This document shows, piece by piece, positions 51,158 to 59,825 of a DNA stretch of 63,069 nucleotides. The translations under genes and the position numbers were made by a program. The stretch comes from Myxococcota bacterium (lineage in GTDB: Bacteria; Myxococcota_A; Polyangia; Polyangiales; Houyiibacteriaceae). Every line of letters begins with the position of its first letter. Positions within the stretch are counted from its first letter, which is position 1. The stretch lies in NCBI GenBank assembly GCA_039030515.1, contig JBCCEA010000024.1:1-63069 (forward strand), read 5' to 3'. The notes beneath the pieces are model-generated. The model saw only the letters and a list, made by a program, of their open reading frames with translations. It was not told the origin of the DNA and did not search any database.

Positions 51158-52532
51158 ATGCGCTCCCCAACCTCAAGCATTCCTCGACCAGAGAAATGGC
51201 CGTTGCCCCTGACCGGTGACGATGTGGATCAATGGATTGAACTAGGGGATGCACAGGCGTTTAGGTGCAACGCGATAGATATCCTGAATGATATTGGTGC
51301 ACATCCTGCATTTTCTATTCTTCGGGAATCAAAGGATCAGAATGAGTGTCAGATCATCGAAGGTGCACTCCAACGCCATGTGACTTCCGACAGATACAGC
51401 AAAAAAGGCACAGAACGTTTCCACTGGATGGCCATCAAAATAAGCCTCGAGTTGATTCTAACATAAGTATCGCGAGGAGCGATCACGAACCAAAGAATCT
51501 ATTCTTTCGAGAACGTTTCGAGTTCGGTGATATCGGTTCTTTATCGAAGATAGTGGCATGGGAGACTCGTATAAGAAATAACCTTCGGGAACATGAAGCT
51601 CCGCATGAAGTAGCCAACTTGACTCTGGAGAGCTTCATGGCGCAAGTCGCGAGATATCGAGAGTCAAACTCATCACCTGGAACCAATCCACGCACTGGCG
51701 TAGGCGTTAGTCCGCAGGTGACCGTTACGTCATCCCGTTCGGTCCCCAGACCTTTTGGGCCACCGCCCCCGCCCCGTCAGCCACTCGCGGCAAGTTTACC
51801 GGCTCCTCGCGTATGGAGTAGTGCGCCAGTGCCCGCTGAAGCCGTGCGCCCTGGACGGGTTGGGCTTCATATGCCGACCGCGCCGGATGCTCCGCCAGGC
51901 GCCTCAGGTTCGCCGGCAGGAACTCCGAGTATGGATGACGCCAATCCGCTCTTCAGATTCGCTGAAATCTGCGCCGAACGGGCCCCGGATTCTAGAAAAA
52001 GACCGGCCTCTCCCGGAGCAAAACGCTTCCAAGAGCCAAGCATCCTCATGGCGCCGCAAATGCCGACGGCAAGAGCCATGCCACCAGTCATCATGGCGCA
52101 CCCCATTCTTCAGTACCTGGGGGGAAATCGCGGTTACCCATCACTCCCGAAGATGTTCGCAGTTTATGGGAACTGCTTAAGAGATCTCCAAAGGGTCCCG
52201 TACCCGGCGACATCAGCTTGGCAGATGCAGCGCCAGAGACAAAGGTCGCTATAATGCATATGCTATCTGTGCTGAAGCAGCACCCTCAAGAAATGGACGC
52301 GACGACGATCCAATCTATACAAATTCAATTGTCTCGAAAAGCAGGCAAAGATCCTAAGACACAAAATGAGCGGTATTCGATATTGATAAGCCTGAGGATG
52401 CTCGCAAAATTAGGAGATCTTCTGCGACTTAAGTTTAGAGGATTCTGCTCATCATACCAATTTATTCTTCCTCACGACCTAACCACGGATACCTTGCGCT
52501 GTTGGATTCGCCAAGAACTGCAAGTCAAATAA
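51158..52532 (+). pseudogene. Probable island paralogue 4, broken by two frameshifts (about 51460 and about 52220)
   Basis: Three overlapping same-strand ORFs that join into domain / Pro-rich+RKRPASPGAKR / domain, like the neighbour at 52747; domain similarity is weak. Confidence 0.5.
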
Positions 52533-52746
52533 GAAATCACGAATCATCGCTTCTAAAGGCAGCTCATCGGCCGGCTGCGAATCGATCGCTGAACCCGGCC
52601 ATGGCTTCGCAAGATGAACTCGCATGAAACAGCAGTAGGGTGCGTACAATGACCTAACCATCGAGTGTTCTTGGCATCGCACGCGCAGTCTCTACGCTCG
52701 CATGAGCGGCGTTTGACATTCAGATTCGATACGTCAAACCGATTGG

Positions 52747-54396
52747 ATGCCCCAAGGGCTCTCTCTAGACACTATTTGGGCCATCTACCGATGGATGCAG
52801 GCTAGCTCTCAAGACTCGTGGCATGGAGACATGCAGCTTGATAATCTTCGCCGACAACTTCGCAATAGAGGATTCTCTTTTACCGAAGTGCAATTGAGAA
52901 GAGCAATCGCGAAGCTACATCGAGATATTCGATCGTCTCTAGACACCCAGACAGTGAATAGTACTCTAGTGGATGTCGCGGCTTGTGTGCGCGCTCAGGA
53001 CTACTTTGATGCAGAACCCAACATGCGGGATGACGCGGTTCTTTCTGCGCTCATCAGAGATGGTTATTACAGGCTTCCGACTCAGTATATAGCTCAGTAT
53101 CGACATGACTGGTTGCACACTGCATCCTCGAGTGGGGTAGGCAGTACAGTACCGGGTAGAGTGGCAAGCCCAGAATCTGTTGGACCAACGATTCAAGGCG
53201 GCTTGCCGGGACCCGTGGTCCCACCACGGCCGGTTTTTCCAGGGTCCGTTGCGCCCATGTGGACCGCTGCCCATGGGCATCGGGCTCCAGCCGGGGAGCC
53301 ACCTCTCAAACGACGATGCCTCGCATGTCCGCTCGAAGCGTCGCGAGAGCCCGCCACCCCTGACGATCAGGCGCAATCCAGCCTACCACCAGAAACACGT
53401 TCACCACCAAGAGCCGCAAGTCCGGCTAGCACGGCCGGTCATGTCTCGAGGGGCTCCGGATGCATCCCACCTCTATCGCAAGCGGCACTGACAGCAGCGT
53501 CAAATACAAACCAAGCGGCCATGGATGGTCGCAGAGAATTTCCCCAATTGCTGCCTCCGATGCTCCCGAAGCAGATGCTGAAGAGGTTGCAAGAAACTTA
53601 CAATCGATTGCTAGAAACCGGTCGGTCAGAGAGACATGCACTTCAGAAACTGCTCGAAATTGTGAGGAAGAGCGGCCACTTCTATGAAGAAAGACAGCTG
53701 ACCAAGGCGCTCAGCGTGGCGAAAAGGGAAGACAGGTTTAGAAATTGGAACCGCAGTCTAGAGCACGTGGCAGCGAGACTCCGCACCGAAGAGATCTTAA
53801 GTTATTGCCAAACCACTTCAGTGGATGAAATTAAAATAAGACTTGAAGAAGAAGGATTGGCGTTAGGAATAAGTCGTCTGGAGAACTGCATTCTCTTGTG
53901 GAAAAACGAGTACACGACTCAACTTTTGAATCATGCTTCTGTCGAGAGAGACATCGCGGATCGAACTCCTCAAAATCAGCCCGACTCGGTCTTGGAGACA
54001 ACTCAGAGGCAGCTACCTCCTGAGCTCAGGGCAGAGGCACTCTTTGATTTGCCAGAAAGCAACCAGGCTGTAACCGTTCCACCAATTCGAGCCGATGTGG
54101 ACAAGGCGCTACGGTCTGTAAAAAGCAGAACACGTCACTGTAGCCCTGAGCAAATCAGAAAAGCTCTTTGCACTATTTGCAACTCAGAGAAAACTCAAGG
54201 CAGGGAAACCTCACTACAGATTGTGGCAGCTCGTTTGCGGACCGAGGAGATTATCTACCGTTTTTACGATGTACCACCACATGAAATATGCATCTTGCTC
54301 AGGGTAGAAGGTTTGTCCGAAAGGTCCAACGATTTGAGGGGTCAAGTGCTGAACTGGAAAGCCAACTATTCGTCGATCAGTTCGGATTCAGCCTAA
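52747..54396 (+). CDS. Island paralogue 5: three copies of the helical domain plus Pro-rich linker with PPLKRR
   Basis: QLRRAI..VAACVR..LIRDGY; RQLTKAL..VAARLRTEEI..LEEEGL; EQIRKAL..VAARLRTEEI..LRVEGL. Confidence 0.8.
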   Translation: MPQGLSLDTIWAIYRWMQASSQDSWHGDMQLDNLRRQLRNRGFSFTEVQLRRAIAKLHRDIRSSLDTQTVNSTLVDVAACVRAQDYFDAEPNMRDDAVLSALIRDGYYRLPTQYIAQYRHDWLHTASSSGVGSTVPGRVASPESVGPTIQGGLPGPVVPPRPVFPGSVAPMWTAAHGHRAPAGEPPLKRRCLACPLEASREPATPDDQAQSSLPPETRSPPRAASPASTAGHVSRGSGCIPPLSQAALTAASNTNQAAMDGRREFPQLLPPMLPKQMLKRLQETYNRLLETGRSERHALQKLLEIVRKSGHFYEERQLTKALSVAKREDRFRNWNRSLEHVAARLRTEEILSYCQTTSVDEIKIRLEEEGLALGISRLENCILLWKNEYTTQLLNHASVERDIADRTPQNQPDSVLETTQRQLPPELRAEALFDLPESNQAVTVPPIRADVDKALRSVKSRTRHCSPEQIRKALCTICNSEKTQGRETSLQIVAARLRTEEIIYRFYDVPPHEICILLRVEGLSERSNDLRGQVLNWKANYSSISSDSA

Positions 54397-54484
54397 ACTT
54401 GCGGCACGGGCTCGTTAGGCGCACCACCGGCCTGTTCGCCTACCGGACCAGGTACGGCTTCGCAACAGAACCACAGCGTCACGA

Positions 54485-54526
54485 GCAATGCGCTGATATT
54501 GACGACTGGGTCCCATAGCCTACGCT
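54485..54526 (+). promoter_or_regulatory. Island promoter cassette, copy 4
   Basis: GCAATGCGCTGATA-TTGACG-16bp-TACGCT, 6 nt before GTG 54533. Confidence 0.75.
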
Positions 54527-54532
54527 TGCAAG

Positions 54533-55510
54533 GTGCAAGGCGACGGACGGAAGCGAAGACGAAGACCTACCCCCACTCCTAGGGTATTCGCACCATCTTA
54601 TGATCAGGCAGATACATATCCTCTTGGAAGGCCACGCTCTAGAGAGGGCACAACATTTACCTTGCCTCCATCACCCACGTCTTCGCCTCCAACTTCAACA
54701 TACGCTTCACCACCAGCACCAGCTGGGCCCCCAGTTCCGGGTCCGCAACACGAACTGTACAAAGATGCGATATGCGAGTTGCGTAAGACCGATGAAGGGG
54801 CCGTCTCAAGTTTCCGGAGCGAAGTGGGAGTAAGGCAGCGATTTGAGAACGCACGCCAGGCAATCCTTAGAGTCAATTCACCCAAACTTCCACGGTATAG
54901 TGGAAGTTTGGGTGAAGATTATTTGTTCATTCAATTATCATCTATGGCTCACAAACTAACTCCTCCACTATCTAGAGAAGACATCGATACGCTAGCCACT
55001 CATTTTGAAACAGGGCACCCCTCTAGAGGAGCTCTGTTCCGGGTTTATTGTGACCCAAAGGGACAGCGACCGCTTCAAACGGGTGACCAGCGGATCATAC
55101 AGTCGATCTTGCTAGAGCTCGGCAATGTGCATACGAATCGTCAGATTGCCACTGCGCTTTATGCGTTAGAAGGAATGGACCCGTTTCGCGGGTACCACTA
55201 CAAGGAGGACCAGAATCTTTACATGCTTGCTCCTCACTTACGAGTCATCGAATGGATGACGTTATTTGCAGCTGAACCTCCCAAAGAACCGAGAACTGAT
55301 TCAAAACATTATCTCACGCTGCTCATGGCGGACGGACTTTTTAGTGACGATTTTCTAACGTGTTGGGCCAACGACCATAGTGCTAGCCCGTGGTCTCGGA
55401 GGTTTAACAACTGGAAAAACCATTACCTTGGTAACCAGAATTCATTTCCTAAGCTTTTTGACCCACGCGACCCTTTGTGCCGGGTTTATCCCCTGTATGC
55501 GCCCCTATGA
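54533..55510 (+). CDS. Island paralogue 6
   Basis: GRKRRRRP; KLTPPL, HTNRQIATAL, HLRVIEW, LLMADGL, FDPRDPL. Confidence 0.85.
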   Translation: MQGDGRKRRRRPTPTPRVFAPSYDQADTYPLGRPRSREGTTFTLPPSPTSSPPTSTYASPPAPAGPPVPGPQHELYKDAICELRKTDEGAVSSFRSEVGVRQRFENARQAILRVNSPKLPRYSGSLGEDYLFIQLSSMAHKLTPPLSREDIDTLATHFETGHPSRGALFRVYCDPKGQRPLQTGDQRIIQSILLELGNVHTNRQIATALYALEGMDPFRGYHYKEDQNLYMLAPHLRVIEWMTLFAAEPPKEPRTDSKHYLTLLMADGLFSDDFLTCWANDHSASPWSRRFNNWKNHYLGNQNSFPKLFDPRDPLCRVYPLYAPL

Positions 55511-55660
55511 CGGTGTGAATTCCGTGCAGGCTTGAGGTCCCGACGGAAAAAAGAGGAACGCTCCTCGGAACCAGAAACCCAAGCGCTGCGCCAACAGCGC
55601 TCACGGGAGCTTTCCCCAATGACGAACGCTGTCGTTTTTGATCGCCTTGCGCTTCGCCTG

Positions 55661-56000
55661 CCGGACCGGGTGCGGTTTCGCCTACTCACCGACCTGACCA
55701 GGTACGGTTCCTCCGAACTCTCCGACCTGACCAGGTACGGCTCCACCCTGACCGGGTACGGTTTCTACCTCACCGACCTGACTGGGTACGGTTCCTCCAC
55801 GGTTTCTACGACCTGACCAGGTACGGTTCCTCCGCCTACTCACCTACCTGACCAGGTACGGTTTCTACGACCTGACCAGGTACGGTTTCGCCGACCTGAC
55901 CAGGTACGGTTTCACCGGCCGGGCACCCACCGACCTGACTCACCGACCTGACTGGGTACGGTTCCTCCGACCCGCCCACCGACCTGACCGGGTACGGTTT
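55661..56000. repeat. Short repeat family B cluster (ACCTGACCAGGTACGG), about 10 full copies
   Basis: Copies near 55692, 55725, 55747, 55776, 55811, 55846, 55870, 55894, 55946, 55982 with irregular spacing. Confidence 0.92.
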
Positions 56001-56156
56001 CGCCACGGTGCGCAAGCACCCTATGCGCGAGGGTGGAGAGAACCTGAAAGGTGCAAAGGTACCACTATTACTTGACTTTCTATGTCGAGCCCCGTTTCAA
56101 TGAGCGTCGACTATCCCCGAAATGATGGTACTTATGGGGTGGAGTGCGCTGCATAC

Positions 56157-58244
56157 ATGTTCTCAGTGGTGATTACGGAGAAGGGCGGAGCTCAGCGGAG
56201 GATGGACTTCGACAAGAGCGAAGTCACAATCGGCCGGGTTCAAGGCAACGACATCATTCTTCCAAAAGGGAACGTTTCCAAGCGGCATTCACGCATCGTT
56301 CTAAAGGATAGTCGATTTATCGCTGTCGATTTGAAAAGTACCAACGGTACTTATGTAAATGGCCGTAAGATAACGTCTCCTCTGGTTGTAAAACCGGGGG
56401 ATAAAATCTACATCGGCGACTTTATACTTACGGTGGATGAGATTGGGGCTCCCTCAAATGTAGAGCCTGTACCTGACGCCTATCCTGAGCCGTCTTTGCC
56501 GCCATCCAGTATTCCTCAGAGTGCTGTGGAGCCACCTACAGCAGCCTCGCTTACCTCGAGAGCTCCAATTCGAGCGAAAACCCAAGAGCTGGAAACCGAT
56601 GGCGTGATCCCTTCACGTGTACCCGAACCACCTCGGCGCGTTACTCCCGCTGAGCAACCAGGGGAGGAAGACGGCACTACGGGAGTTCCCGTGGCGTCTC
56701 AGTCCGCTTCAGCACCGTCGTCATCGATTGCAACCCCGCCAGGTCAGGCAGCACCACCCGTCCGAACTGCTGTTCCTGCGCCAGTCCCTCAGGGTGCAGC
56801 AACTCCCGAACGTGCGGCAACCGTGCAGACAGGAGCGACTCCGCATGGAACGGTCCCACCTCAGGCGAGCCACTCTCGCGGAATTTCCGCGACCAGTTCA
56901 GCTTCCTCCGCGTCACTGCGGAGGACGCCAGCGCCTGCAGGACATCAACCGTCTCGAGATTCGCAGCAACCCTCGCCTCGCAAACCTGTTCCGCCCCCTA
57001 CCCGGTCCAACCCGATGGAATCACGCCCGAGGCGAACGGCAACTCATTCGGTAGTTGAATCTCCATCGACCTCACCAATGGGTGTAGGCGCAATACAAAT
57101 CGAAGCTAGCTCCGTATCCAACCTGGTTCGGGTGCTGAATGAGATCGGCAAACATATCGACCTTTCGGTAATACAGGGCTACGCAGACCCGACTCGCGTC
57201 CAAGAAGCGCGGGGCGCAGCACGTGCCGCAGTCGAGACCTTGGCAAGCACTGGCAAACTTTCCGGTGAAGTCCAAGCCACTATCGACGCAGCTGTTGCGG
57301 AGGTGTGCGGTCTAGGTGCGATCGACATACTCCTACAAGACCAAACGATCACAGAACTCATCGTGGAAGGACCAAACCGGATACTGGTGGCACAGGGCAA
57401 TGACCTTACACAAATCGGTGGCGGATTTTCTTCGACTGAGACACTTCAGATCATCGCCAAAAGACTTCTGGCTCAAGCGGAGCCGTTCGCAGTCGGACCC
57501 ATCCACAATACACGACTTCCAGGAGGTGCCTTTCTCACGGTGGTGCTGCCACCCGTCGCTCTCGGCGGCCCGTACATCGAAGTACGTCGTCAGGGGAGCG
57601 GAGTCGAACCGCAGCAACTCGTGGAAGAGGGCTTGGTCAGTGCTGAAATCGCCTCGACTCTCGAAATCGCCTTGCAGCGCGAAAAAAATATCGTTTTTAC
57701 GGGTGAACCTCATTCCAGTGTCACCCGTCTACTTGGGGCTTTTGCGGACTCGGGTGGCCTTGCCCAACGAATCGTCACCTTAGAGAGCTCGCCTCGGCTT
57801 AGTTTGAAAAGCGAACGCGTGATTTCTCTTATCGCAAATGGAAATGATGCAGAGTTTGAGAGCGTGCTTCGCCAAGCGCTTCACATGAGAGCCCACCGCA
57901 TGGTCATCGATGGGGTGCGAGGCGCTGAGGTGCTCCACATGCTAACCGGACTCGCATCTCTCGATGTGAGCTGCTTGGTCGGTGTACACACGTCCACAGG
58001 TAGCGACAGCTGGACGACCCTGAGCACACTGGCTCAGCTAGGCCGAGCCTTACCGACTGATAGCCTGGAACGTCTCATGGGGCGCTCCATCGATCTGCTC
58101 GTCTCGGTGGTGTCGACACCTCAAGGCTCCCGTATTTCCAGGGTGGTCGAGGTAATCGCTCGAGGGAGTGAAGTGGAAATTATAGAGCTTTTTGTATACG
58201 AGGGCGGCGTTTTTCGTTCGACGAATCGCCCGTCATTCACCTAA
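56157..58244 (+). CDS. FHA domain + Pro-rich linker + TadA/CpaF-like ATPase domain with degenerate Walker motifs
   Basis: IGRVQGND, VSKRH, STNGT; GLGAIDILLQDQTITELIV, VLPPVA, RIVTLE, VRGAE. Confidence 0.82.
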   Translation: MFSVVITEKGGAQRRMDFDKSEVTIGRVQGNDIILPKGNVSKRHSRIVLKDSRFIAVDLKSTNGTYVNGRKITSPLVVKPGDKIYIGDFILTVDEIGAPSNVEPVPDAYPEPSLPPSSIPQSAVEPPTAASLTSRAPIRAKTQELETDGVIPSRVPEPPRRVTPAEQPGEEDGTTGVPVASQSASAPSSSIATPPGQAAPPVRTAVPAPVPQGAATPERAATVQTGATPHGTVPPQASHSRGISATSSASSASLRRTPAPAGHQPSRDSQQPSPRKPVPPPTRSNPMESRPRRTATHSVVESPSTSPMGVGAIQIEASSVSNLVRVLNEIGKHIDLSVIQGYADPTRVQEARGAARAAVETLASTGKLSGEVQATIDAAVAEVCGLGAIDILLQDQTITELIVEGPNRILVAQGNDLTQIGGGFSSTETLQIIAKRLLAQAEPFAVGPIHNTRLPGGAFLTVVLPPVALGGPYIEVRRQGSGVEPQQLVEEGLVSAEIASTLEIALQREKNIVFTGEPHSSVTRLLGAFADSGGLAQRIVTLESSPRLSLKSERVISLIANGNDAEFESVLRQALHMRAHRMVIDGVRGAEVLHMLTGLASLDVSCLVGVHTSTGSDSWTTLSTLAQLGRALPTDSLERLMGRSIDLLVSVVSTPQGSRISRVVEVIARGSEVEIIELFVYEGGVFRSTNRPSFT

Positions 58245-58276
58245 ACGGGGAGTCCATAAACCGTATCGTGGATCAG

Positions 58277-59083
58277 TCACCATGAGCGGCGGTGCGGAGT
58301 TCCGAGCGGGTCAAGAGAAAGCATGGGTGGCGTAGAGTCTGGCCTGGCGAGAAAATAACCCTGGCCGTAGTGCACGCCTATATCGCGAAGTACCTGAAGC
58401 TCTTCCAAATCTTCAATACCCTCCGCAACCACCTTTGCTTCCATATTTTCGCAGAGACGCACCAGCGACGTTACCAGCATCCTTAATCGCCGATCGATAC
58501 CTACGTTGACGATCAGCTCTCGATCTAGTTTCACAACGTCTGGCGCCAGGTCTGCGATGTATTTAAGGTTGGAGTATCCTGCCCCCAGGTCGTCCACCGC
58601 CACCTGAATTCCCTTGTGGCGTAGTTCGCGAAGCACGGAATGACACTCGGCAGCGTGACTCAGCGGCACTGACTCAGTCACCTCTAGATAAATTCCGCAC
58701 TCGTGAGTGAAGATTGGATCGTCTGGACGAACCAACCAACCTTCGTTGAACTCATGTGGGTGCACGTTCAAGAACAGTGGGTAGGAGGAACAGCCACGCA
58801 CGGCCAGTTGACGAATCATTCGACCAAGTGCTCCGCAGTATTGCGTTTTGATCGCCTGAGCAAAAAGTTCCGGTGGATTGATGAAATACTCGGAGGTACT
58901 GCGAACTACGGCTTCGAATGCGAACACCTCCCCGGTATCAAAGTCGACCAGGGGTTGGTAAACGGTAAAAAGCTCACCTACGTTCAACACATCAGGAATT
59001 TGCGCCACGCCGCTTACAGAACGCACGCTACTTTGCTCGTTATCGTGAAACCACTCAGCGAAGTTTTGAGACGTGCCTTCCAC
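58277..59083 (-). CDS. Stand-alone EAL domain protein
   Basis: YQP, EAV, EVTES, DDLGAGYS, KLD, AEGIE, QGY. Confidence 0.9.
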   Translation of the reverse strand: MEGTSQNFAEWFHDNEQSSVRSVSGVAQIPDVLNVGELFTVYQPLVDFDTGEVFAFEAVVRSTSEYFINPPELFAQAIKTQYCGALGRMIRQLAVRGCSSYPLFLNVHPHEFNEGWLVRPDDPIFTHECGIYLEVTESVPLSHAAECHSVLRELRHKGIQVAVDDLGAGYSNLKYIADLAPDVVKLDRELIVNVGIDRRLRMLVTSLVRLCENMEAKVVAEGIEDLEELQVLRDIGVHYGQGYFLARPDSTPPMLSLDPLGTPHRRSW

Positions 59084-59188
59084 TTTCCCCGTATTTTTAA
59101 TGGTAGCCGATCATGGATGGTGCGAGAAGCGCCACCTGAAATGAAGATGCCTTCTGCGACTGTTATCGCCAAAGGCTTTGAGAACAAC

Positions 59189-59713
59189 ATGCTGAAACGA
59201 CTATTTTTTGGTGCACTAAAGGGCTTCTTCCTGGGAGGGTTGCTCGCCGTTGGCGTTGTCTTTGGACTTCGTTGGTCGGCACCGTCAATGCTACTGAACT
59301 ATCTTCTTTCAATGGGTTTCGGAGCCACCGCCGGTGTGCTCCTCGGGACGACACCCTGGCGCCAAAAGAACTGGATCGAGTCGGTGCTCAAGTCTGTAGG
59401 TGGTGTACTTTTTGGAGCGCTTATCTACTGGACCAGCTGCACATTTTTGTCGGTAACTGTGCCTTTTGATCTACCAGGGATACCTGCCGCGACGGAGTGG
59501 ACTAGGACTCCGATTCTCTACGGTCCATGGGTCACGGCTCTTTTTGGCTCCATCGTGGAGCTCGACAACACCATGGAATCTGACAGCAGTTCAAAAGCTC
59601 ATACCTCGATTGATCAGGTACAAGGACGATTCGTGCACTCCGGCGAAGAGCAAATCGAAGAGGCAATCTTGGTGTCAGAATCCAAGTCTAAAAAAAATCT
59701 GCGGCGTTCTTGA
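59189..59713 (+). CDS. Hypothetical membrane protein
   Basis: Four hydrophobic segments starting at MLKRLFFG; the longer upstream ORF overlaps the EAL gene. Confidence 0.7.
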   Translation: MLKRLFFGALKGFFLGGLLAVGVVFGLRWSAPSMLLNYLLSMGFGATAGVLLGTTPWRQKNWIESVLKSVGGVLFGALIYWTSCTFLSVTVPFDLPGIPAATEWTRTPILYGPWVTALFGSIVELDNTMESDSSSKAHTSIDQVQGRFVHSGEEQIEEAILVSESKSKKNLRRS

Positions 59714-59825
59714 GGAATGAGCAGATGCTCTGAGCATCGATGATTTTTAGATCATCGGTATCCTAACCGGGAATTTGGAAGGGTATCCGCAAGCCCTGTC
59801 TCGGGGCTTCTGCTACTGCCAGCCC

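Noticed and set aside
47037..55510. Integron cassette array or prophage
   Set aside because: No integrase, attC-like palindromes or phage genes are recognisable; the genes are paralogues with their own promoters
55661..56000. CRISPR array
   Set aside because: The repeat is only about 16-18 bp, spacers are short, irregular and similar to one another, and there are no cas genes in the window
58703..59188. N-terminal extension of the 336-aa ORF
   Set aside because: Overlaps the well-supported EAL gene on the opposite strand; the real start is probably ATG 59189
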